Shown: positions 52,488 through 59,256 of the stretch, piece after piece
Numbering within the stretch: the first letter of the stretch is position 1
How the letters are laid out: every line of letters begins with the position of its first letter
Source of the DNA: Acidobacteriota bacterium
Lineage (GTDB): Bacteria > Acidobacteriota > Aminicenantia > Aminicenantales > Aminicenantaceae
Direction of reading: 5' to 3'
Length of the DNA stretch: 59,256 bases
Assembly: GCA_030669585.1 (NCBI GenBank)
Contig: DAOVDI010000003.1
Location: 1 to 59,256, forward strand
Notes under the pieces: model-generated
Told to the model about the DNA's origin: nothing
What the model saw: the letters and a program-made list of their open reading frames with translations, nothing else
The model's database searches: none
Translations under genes and position numbers: made by a program

Positions 52488-53684
52488 TCAGTCGAATAGA
52501 GATTGATATTTTTTCAGCCCGGCCCTGAGGACCTTCAGGGCCCGGATAAGATCCTCTTCTTTCAGCACATAAGCGATCCGGATCTCATTAAGGCCTTTAC
52601 CCGGAGTGGCATAAAAACCCTGTGCAGGTGCAACCATGACCGTTTCATTATCCATCTGAAAATCCGTCAGCATCCACTGGGCAAAGTGCTCAGCGTTTTT
52701 GATGGGAAGTTTTACGACTATATAGAATGCGCCCCCTGGCTTAAACATGATGATGCCGGGAATATCCTTTAGGCCGTTAAACAGAATATCACGCCGTTTC
52801 TGGTACTCTTCCCTTACGGGCTTAAAATAGTCTTTTTTCATCCGGTAGGCGGCCAGCGCTCCCATCTGTTCCAGGGTGGGAGGGCACAGTCTTGCCTGCG
52901 CAAATTTCAGCGCCGCCTGGTAAAGGTCCTCGTTCCTGGTAATGATCGCTCCGATCCTGGCTCCGCAGCAGCTGAACCGTTTGGATATGCTGTCAGCTAC
53001 GATAACTCTGTCCGAAACGTCACTGTATTCAAGCACGCTGATGTGCCTGGCGCCGTCATAAACAAATTCTTTATACACTTCGTCAGAGATCAGAAACAGG
53101 TCGTGTTTTTTAACCAGGCCGATAATCGTTTCTATCTCTTCCTGCGTATAGACCGATCCTGTAGGATTGTTCGGCGAACAAAGAAGAAATGCCCTGGTTT
53201 TAGGCGTGATCTTTGATTCTATCTGTTCCACAGGAGGAAGGCGAAAGCCATCTTCAACTCTCAGGGTTAGGGGGATAAGATTGACATCGGCGAATGTAGC
53301 AAAGCCGTTGTAGTTGGTATAAAACGGCTCGGGAACGATGATCTCCCCTCCTGGGTCGGATACGATACTGAATGCAAAATGGAGGGCTTCTGAACCTCCG
53401 ACAGTGATAATGATATTGTCGGCGTTCAGAGAAATATTATAATCAGAATAATAATCGGCAACAGCCTGCCTCAGTTCAAGAAAACCCTGAGCTGGACCGT
53501 AACTAAGTACTTTCTCATCAAAGTTTTTCATAGCGTCCCAGACGTGCTGAGGCGTGGGAATGTCCGGCTGGCCGATATTAATAAAGTAAACTTTGATTCC
53601 CCTGGCGATCGCACTGTCGGCAAAAGGCTTCAGTTTCCGGATAGGGGATGCCTGGATCTCGATCCCTCTCTTTGAGATGTTCAT
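52488..53684 (-). CDS. PLP-dependent class I/II aminotransferase (AspC-like)
   Basis: NIGQPD, PNNPTG, SDEVY, SISKRFSCCGARIG. Confidence 0.92.
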   Translation of the reverse strand: MNISKRGIEIQASPIRKLKPFADSAIARGIKVYFINIGQPDIPTPQHVWDAMKNFDEKVLSYGPAQGFLELRQAVADYYSDYNISLNADNIIITVGGSEALHFAFSIVSDPGGEIIVPEPFYTNYNGFATFADVNLIPLTLRVEDGFRLPPVEQIESKITPKTRAFLLCSPNNPTGSVYTQEEIETIIGLVKKHDLFLISDEVYKEFVYDGARHISVLEYSDVSDRVIVADSISKRFSCCGARIGAIITRNEDLYQAALKFAQARLCPPTLEQMGALAAYRMKKDYFKPVREEYQKRRDILFNGLKDIPGIIMFKPGGAFYIVVKLPIKNAEHFAQWMLTDFQMDNETVMVAPAQGFYATPGKGLNEIRIAYVLKEEDLIRALKVLRAGLKKYQSLFD

Positions 53685-53690
53685 GATGCA

Positions 53691-53720
53691 ATTATGTCAA
53701 ATAAACAACGGACCTGTCAA
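53691..53720 (-). promoter_or_regulatory. Putative sigma-70 promoter (leaderless-type)
   Basis: TTGACA-18 bp-CATAAT-6 nt-ATG 53684. Confidence 0.6.
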
Positions 53721-53847
53721 TTTCCCTGCTTTATTTATAAAAACTGCCGATTCCCATATTTGTCTTGGATGGTCATAGCTTTCAATAAAGGATTTTACCA
53801 GGGATAAATTGAGTGCTGAATATCATAGATCGTCAATAAAAAAAATC

Positions 53848-53983
53848 ATCGGCATTTTTTACCCTTCGGGCGAGCCGATCTCACCGTAGTGGCTTCGTCG
53901 TGTTCCGTTCGCAGTATATAAATACAGCTTCACGAACCACTCCTTGCAGCTACGGCAATCTCGACCCGTGAATAAAGCAGGCT
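53848..53983. repeat. Dispersed hairpin repeat, copy C
   Basis: CCGTTCGCAGTATATAAATACAGCTTCACGAAC core shared with 14735-14767; colinear with 111-249. Confidence 0.85.
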
Positions 53984-54184
53984 CTCTGAATTATTCATAA
54001 AAACTGGCCGATACGTTGAAAAAAAGGGTTCAAGGAATCAAGGGTTCGAGAAGAGGCCAAAGGCCAATGCAAAAGAGGCCCAAAGGCGGCTAACGCCTGC
54101 GAGAAAAGCGAGAAAGGGTGAAGGCGAGAAAAGCCAGAATAAGAGAAGAGGCCAAGGACAGCTTAGCCCAAAGTCATTTAATTT

Positions 54185-54259
54185 ACGTCATTCCCGTGCA
54201 AACGGGAATCCAGTCTATCTTTTTTTTATACTGGATTCCCACTTTCGTGGGAATGACGT
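54185..54259. repeat. Paired CGTC-type REP (dRS3/RPE-like) palindrome
   Basis: ACGTCATTCCCGTGCAAACGGGAATCCAG...CTGGATTCCCACTTTCGTGGGAATGACGT. Confidence 0.85.
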
Positions 54260-54306
54260 CTTACATTGACCTTTCACCTTTGGCCTTTCGCCTCTTTTCT
54301 TATTTC

Positions 54307-54350
54307 GACTTCGATAGACTTCTATGGACCTCAATAGACTTCAATAGACT
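54307..54350. repeat. 10-bp tandem repeat (GACTTCAATA x ~4.4)
   Basis: gacttcgata gacttctatg gacctcaata gacttcaata gact. Confidence 0.85.
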
Positions 54351-54429
54351 GTTTTCCCTTGGCCTTTCCTCGACTCGTGAATTTTGTGACGATTCAATTT
54401 TCCCGGCGAAAATGTTAGAATCAATTCTC

Positions 54430-55215
54430 ATGATCAAAGACCCGTCGGCAAGGATAACTTATAGACGAAATTGGGGGGATTATTATCTCATCAGAATAAC
54501 ATCGCCCGAGATCGCGCAAAAAGCGCTACCTGGGCAGTTTATTATGGCCAGGGTTTCTGACAGGTCCGTCCCCCTGCTCAGGCGTCCATTCAGCATCCAT
54601 TCCAGGGAGGGGGACAGCCTGGAGATATTTTTCCAATCATCCGGGATCGGGACAACTCTCCTTGCCGGGAAAAAAGAGGGAGAAGACCTGGATATTTTAG
54701 GGCCTTTAGGAAATGGATTCGATATAAAGAACGGGATCGGAAAAAAAAGAGCGACTGCTGTCGGCGGAGGGCGCGGCATTGCGCCGATTTACTTTCTAGC
54801 CCAAGAACTTCTGGCCATGGGTTCGGATGTCACAGTATTTTACGGTGGGAAGACCGCCCGGGATCTTCCTCTAAAGGAGCGTTTTGAGGCAAAAAATTTA
54901 CGCCTCATGTGTTCCACGGAGGATGGATCGTTAGGATTCAGAGGATTTGTGACCGGGCTGTTTGAATCCAAAATGGACCAATTAAATCCTGAGATTGTTT
55001 TTGCCTGCGGGCCTGATCTAATGATGGAGGAGATAGCCGGAATCACCAAAAAAAATGGCATTCCTGCCCAACTGTCCCTTGAATCTATTATGGGATGCGG
55101 ATTCGGGGCGTGCTGGGGTTGCGTGAAAAAGATTCGAATGTCCGGGGCTGAAGAATGGACGAAAATCTGCCAGGAAGGACCGGTTTTTCCTGCTGACAGG
55201 ATTATATGGGAATAA
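54430..55215 (+). CDS. pyrK: Dihydroorotate dehydrogenase electron transfer subunit
   Basis: PGQF, LRRPFS, GPLGNGF, GGGRGIAP, CGFGACWGC...CQEGPVF; start moved downstream of the repeats. Confidence 0.93.
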   Translation: MIKDPSARITYRRNWGDYYLIRITSPEIAQKALPGQFIMARVSDRSVPLLRRPFSIHSREGDSLEIFFQSSGIGTTLLAGKKEGEDLDILGPLGNGFDIKNGIGKKRATAVGGGRGIAPIYFLAQELLAMGSDVTVFYGGKTARDLPLKERFEAKNLRLMCSTEDGSLGFRGFVTGLFESKMDQLNPEIVFACGPDLMMEEIAGITKKNGIPAQLSLESIMGCGFGACWGCVKKIRMSGAEEWTKICQEGPVFPADRIIWE

Positions 55216-55221
55216 ATCATC

Positions 55222-56133
55222 ATGACTGACTTATCTGTTGACCTGGGTTTCATCAAACTAAAGAACCCTGTGATCGCTGCAAGCGGCACTTTTGGCTATG
55301 GTTTGGAGTTTGCTCCTTTCATGGACTTGAAAAAGCTGGGTGGTTTTGTCGTCAAAGGCCTCTATTTTTCTCCCCGGGAAGGAAATCCTCCTCCCCGGAT
55401 CGCAGAGACTCCGAGTGGTATGATCAATGCCATTGGTTTACAGGGAGTAGGCGTGAAAAACTTTGCGGATGAGATCCTCCCTGAGTTGAAAAAGTACGAT
55501 ACATCGGTTTTCATCAATGTCTGCGGTGAGGACGAGGAAGAATATGCCAGGGTCGTCGATTTTCTGAACGGTCTTGAAGGAATTGCCGCGTATGAGCTGA
55601 ATATTTCCTGCCCGAATGTAAAAAAAGAAGGGAAGTGCCCGGCTCAGGATCCGGAGGCGACATATTCCGTCGTCAAACGGGTGAAAGAAATAAGCCGGTG
55701 CCCTGTCATCACCAAGCTTTCCCCTAATGTCACAGACATCGTGGAAATTGCACAAAGCGCTGAAGAGGCCGGTTCAGATGCAATATCCCTGGTCAACACT
55801 TTTCTGGCCATGGCGATAGACATCGAAACACAAAAAACAAAGATTGCCAATGTGTTCGGTGGGCTCAGCGGTCCGGCCATCAAGCCTCTTGCCGTTCGGA
55901 TGGTCTTTCAGGCAGCGTCAGTCGTCAATATCCCGGTTTTGGGTATGGGGGGTATTGCAACCGGCGGGGATGCGGTTGAGTTCATGCTGGCCGGAGCATC
56001 TGCTGTACAAGTTGGAACAGCCAACTTCATTGATCCGGACGCAACAATTCAAATCATCCGCGAGATAGAAACCTACTGCAAAAACCAAAATATTGACAGG
56101 GTCGAGGAGATCATAGGAAAAGTCCAAATTTGA
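55222..56133 (+). CDS. pyrD: Dihydroorotate dehydrogenase (family 1B) catalytic subunit
   Basis: ASGTFG, NAIGLQ, ELNISCPN, KLSPN, GGLSGPAIKP. Confidence 0.97.
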   Translation: MTDLSVDLGFIKLKNPVIAASGTFGYGLEFAPFMDLKKLGGFVVKGLYFSPREGNPPPRIAETPSGMINAIGLQGVGVKNFADEILPELKKYDTSVFINVCGEDEEEYARVVDFLNGLEGIAAYELNISCPNVKKEGKCPAQDPEATYSVVKRVKEISRCPVITKLSPNVTDIVEIAQSAEEAGSDAISLVNTFLAMAIDIETQKTKIANVFGGLSGPAIKPLAVRMVFQAASVVNIPVLGMGGIATGGDAVEFMLAGASAVQVGTANFIDPDATIQIIREIETYCKNQNIDRVEEIIGKVQI

Positions 56134-56150
56134 TAGAAGAGGCATAGAGA

Positions 56151-56876
56151 ATGATAAACAATCGGGATTTGGCCGGACGGATTATTGTGGCCCTGGATGT
56201 CGGGGATAAAGAAGCAGCTTTTTCTCTGGTGCGTGAACTGGAATTTGCAAAAACCTTTAAAGTCGGGTTAAAGCTTTTTACTGCCGAAGGACCTTCTTTT
56301 CTCCGGGCCCTAAGAGCACAGGGCAAGGATGTGTTTCTCGACTTAAAACTGCATGATATTCCCAACACTGTTTCTGAGACCGTTAAGGTCTGCACACGCT
56401 ATGGCGCTCATTTGATGACTCTTCATGCATCCGGCGGGAGAGATATGATGAACCGGGCCGCAGATGCCGCGCGTTCCGAGGCGGAGAATCAAGGGCTTCC
56501 TAAACCAAGTCTGCTGGCTGTAACTGTTTTGACAAGCCTGAATGACAGATCCATCCAGGAGATCGGAATATCGACAGATACAAAAGAGCAGGTCATAAAA
56601 CTGGCAAAACTGGCTGAAGATTCGGGCATGGATGGAATTGTCTGCTCACCCTGGGAGATCGAAATCGTTAAAAAAGAAACCGGTCAGGACTTTCTTGTTG
56701 TATCACCGGGAATCCGTCCTGCCTGGTCATCTGCACATGACCAGAAAAGAATAATGACGCCTTCACAGGCAATAGAAAAAGGCGCGGATTACATAGTCAT
56801 AGGACGGCCGATAATTGCCGCGCCTTCACCTTCGGAAGCTTTTGATAAGATCGTTCGCGAAATAAAAGATCAGTAA
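56151..56876 (+). CDS. pyrF: Orotidine-5'-phosphate decarboxylase
   Basis: IVALD, FLDLKLHDIPNTV, VTVLTS, PGIRP, DQKR, VIGR. Confidence 0.97.
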   Translation: MINNRDLAGRIIVALDVGDKEAAFSLVRELEFAKTFKVGLKLFTAEGPSFLRALRAQGKDVFLDLKLHDIPNTVSETVKVCTRYGAHLMTLHASGGRDMMNRAADAARSEAENQGLPKPSLLAVTVLTSLNDRSIQEIGISTDTKEQVIKLAKLAEDSGMDGIVCSPWEIEIVKKETGQDFLVVSPGIRPAWSSAHDQKRIMTPSQAIEKGADYIVIGRPIIAAPSPSEAFDKIVREIKDQ

Positions 56877-57472
56877 AACCTGCTGCTCCCTATTCCGCCG
56901 ACTGCAAAGATCGCTCCCATGATGAGCATTATAACTCCCATAAGCACGATGTAGATGACGATGCTGACAAGCAGATAACCTACAATCTTGTCTTTGGGTG
57001 TTCCCATCAAAGGTGAATTAAAACCCAGGTACAGGACATAAAAAGCATAAAAGCTGGCCAATAGTACCAGGATGCTGAGAAAAGGGATGATGTGGAGCAC
57101 GCCTGCCACCCATACTGGAGTCATGCTGTAAACAGCCAGTTTCATGGCATTGACAGCATCAGCTTTTGATGAGAATGTAGGTGCAAGAGCATTGATCACG
57201 ATCCCAAATACATATACAGTAGCCAGGGTAAATACATATGTGAGAATAGCATAGATCAATGCAGTCCCGATATTGTACCTGTACCATCCAATAAACGGAA
57301 CTCTTCGGCCGATCAAGCCCATACCGATAAACTGAGCAACAGCAGGAATAGCTGCCAGTATCATGGCATATGAAGTGAACAGCTCAACGATCTTTGGAGA
57401 TTCAGACTTGATCTTGTCCCACTCTTCTTTGGGTTTTAGTATTATTCCTTGTGCACGTGATACTAAATCCAT
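56870..57472 (-). CDS. Yip1-family membrane protein
   Basis: IILKPKEEWDKIKSE start, 5 TMs, AVYSMTP; GGAGG RBS. Confidence 0.85.
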   Translation of the reverse strand: MDLVSRAQGIILKPKEEWDKIKSESPKIVELFTSYAMILAAIPAVAQFIGMGLIGRRVPFIGWYRYNIGTALIYAILTYVFTLATVYVFGIVINALAPTFSSKADAVNAMKLAVYSMTPVWVAGVLHIIPFLSILVLLASFYAFYVLYLGFNSPLMGTPKDKIVGYLLVSIVIYIVLMGVIMLIMGAIFAVGGIGSSRFY

Positions 57473-57563
57473 CCGGGTCCTCCTATATATCTTAATTTGA
57501 TAGCACTATATATTTTTATATTTTGGTTGTCAACAGAATCCATTTTCAGGTTTGAAAGTCTAT

Positions 57564-57639
57564 TGGAGGCGCGGGTCGGATTCGAACCGACGAATCGAGG
57601 TTTTGCAGACCCCTCCCTTAACCACTTGGGTACCGCGCC
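57564..57639 (-). tRNA. tRNA-Cys (GCA)
   Basis: GGCGCGG acceptor stem, CT-GCA-AA loop, GGTTCGAATCC, U discriminator, encoded CCA. Confidence 0.97.
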
Positions 57640-57813
57640 TTACTGCCATAAAAAAGGAGCCGTGACATCTGTTTCCGAATCAGCGAGTGGCGAGTTGTCA
57701 GGCATTTGATATTCTATCGAAAAACTGGGATTGTGTCCAATCAAACTGTTAACTGCTTCAATCCGCTAAATATCCTGTTCCCTCCTCTTGAGCTCTCTAA
57801 CTACTTATCGGCC

Positions 57814-58929
57814 TCAATAATTCCAGGTAACCTTGTATCGTTTGACGAATTGGTAGCCGTCTTCGTCTTCTTCAATGGTGTAGAGCCTATTTTTCTTCCA
57901 AATTTGTGGCTGAACTTTGAGTGGAATTTTGGCTATATATCTTCCCTCTGAGTCAAAAACGTCATAATAAAAACCATTTTCATTTAATATTTTTTCATAG
58001 GTATGAACAAAAATCCTATCCTCATCATCAATAGTAAAATTTCTATAAGCATTGTAATAATCATCCCATACTATTTTTACTCCCGGTGAGACTTTGTCAT
58101 ATCCTCCAAATCTCTCTTTTATACAATTGTCTTTGTCATCTTGAGTAATTCTGACAGGATTATAATCTTTGATGATTTTCTTAATTAATATTCCTTCTGA
58201 GTTGATAATATTCAATTCATATTTATCAGGGAACCCCCAAATCACATTTCCTTCATATGTAATTTCCCAAGAAGCCCGTGGAAAGAATGGGTTGAGATTT
58301 GGGAATTTTAATATATCTGTGGAAAATATTTTCAAGACTTCTTTCAATCGGGAATCAAACTTTTTTAACATATAAGTTACTTTCTTATCCGTGATTAAAT
58401 GAGCAGCTACTATTTGTTCTTTTTGATCAACTTTTGGGCCACCAAAAAAAGTCATATTTGTCTGGGATACTGAACGTTTAAATATTCCATTTAAAGAAAA
58501 AAAATGAAGCTGACGTGCCCCAGTATCATTCACGAGTATCTCCTTCTGGGGTGTCAAATAAATCTGAGAAGGGCGTTGAAATTCACCTGGTCCCTGTCCT
58601 TTTCGTCCAATTGTATTTACATGTTTGCCTGATTTATCAAATACTTTAATATTAGTTTCCTTGTAATCAAGGACAAATATTCTTCCTTCAGAATCTACAT
58701 CTAGATCTCTTACTTCTGAAAATATATAATCTTCGCTTCCTTTTGTTTTTCCTATGATAAATTCTTCTTCAATGCTGAATACTTCTTCCCCATACATCGG
58801 CTCTTTGGGATTTTTGACGATTGTCACCCCATCAACGACTTCTATTGATCCCTTCCATTCAGCTTTTTGTTTGTTCCAGGAAATAAATAATAAAAGAATG
58901 ACAGGTATAAAAAAAATGCTTTTTTTCAT
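57814..58929 (-). CDS. 6-bladed beta-propeller (NHL-like) exported protein
   Basis: DVDSEGRIFVLD, IGRKGQGPGEF, YDVFDSEGRY; AT-rich. Confidence 0.85.
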   Translation of the reverse strand: MKKSIFFIPVILLLFISWNKQKAEWKGSIEVVDGVTIVKNPKEPMYGEEVFSIEEEFIIGKTKGSEDYIFSEVRDLDVDSEGRIFVLDYKETNIKVFDKSGKHVNTIGRKGQGPGEFQRPSQIYLTPQKEILVNDTGARQLHFFSLNGIFKRSVSQTNMTFFGGPKVDQKEQIVAAHLITDKKVTYMLKKFDSRLKEVLKIFSTDILKFPNLNPFFPRASWEITYEGNVIWGFPDKYELNIINSEGILIKKIIKDYNPVRITQDDKDNCIKERFGGYDKVSPGVKIVWDDYYNAYRNFTIDDEDRIFVHTYEKILNENGFYYDVFDSEGRYIAKIPLKVQPQIWKKNRLYTIEEDEDGYQFVKRYKVTWNY

Positions 58930-59079
58930 CTCATCCCCCTTGTAAAGATTTTATACGGAGAACGCATAAGCGCTTTAAGTGATATGGCTGAAGATTTCGG
59001 ATAATTGGTGAAGTATAGGGGTAAAAAGAACCTTCCCTCAAAAACGATTAAAACATCCATCCCTTTGCTGATAGATAGC

Positions 59080-59096
59080 AGCAAATTCCATGCCAG
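59080..59096 (-). promoter_or_regulatory. Sigma-54 (-24/-12) promoter
   Basis: CTGGCATGGAATTTGCT matches YTGGCAYRNNNNTTGCW with GG-N10-GC spacing. Confidence 0.65.
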
Positions 59097-59138
59097 CTTG
59101 CCCCCCTCCTAAGCGACTTAAAAAATAAGAGGAAAATC

Positions 59139-59213
59139 TGGAGCGGACGAAGGGATTTGAACCCTCGACCTTCTGCTTGGCAAGCAGACGTTCTACCACT
59201 GAACTACGCCCGC
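59139..59213 (-). tRNA. tRNA-Gly (GCC)
   Basis: GCGGGCG acceptor stem, TT-GCC-AA loop, GGTTCAAATCC, encoded CCA. Confidence 0.97.
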
Positions 59214-59256
59214 TCAATCAGGGCTGAAAATAATTCATGAGCCAGACTATCAAAAA

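Noticed and set aside
54118-54429. 104-aa N-terminal extension of PyrK in the ORF track
   Set aside because: It is translated repeat DNA (VIPVQTGIQ...WIPTFVGMT is the REP); an extended -10 box lies just before ATG 54430
57790-57812. attC-like half site (ATAAGTAGTTAGAG, minus strand) after the propeller gene
   Set aside because: Only a GTTAGA-like core is present; no complementary arm or integrase is visible

Overview
Bacterial chromosomal segment from a diderm (TolC, lipoproteins). Gene content and protein families suggest Acidobacteriota, probably Ca. Aminicenantia; this is inference. Most of the window is housekeeping: envC-ctpA-yibQ, ffh-rpsP-khpA-rimM-trmD-rplS-rnhB, accBC, suhB, miaA-hflX, a wcaJ/glycosyltransferase cluster, ppdK, pyrK-pyrD-pyrF, tRNA-Cys and tRNA-Gly. 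The best candidate for an undescribed system is an 8-gene operon at 331-11099: membrane-anchored FHA protein, PP2C, periplasmic vWA protein, TM Ser/Thr kinase with TPRs, an unknown exported protein, then TolC, an MFP and a MacB-type permease with no ATPase. The PP2C tail and the FHA linker carry repeated D-(K)-T-x-x-hydrophobic motifs that look like built-in pThr/FHA docking sites. Other points: a dispersed ~135-bp hairpin repeat with compensatory base changes, a catalytically degenerate S41 protease, rimM frameshifted in a homopolymer, a secreted transglutaminase-like + LamG pair, several apparently leaderless genes, an unannotated 27-aa membrane peptide, and a beta-propeller gene with a sigma-54 promoter between two tRNAs. 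All calls are by eye; no searches were run.
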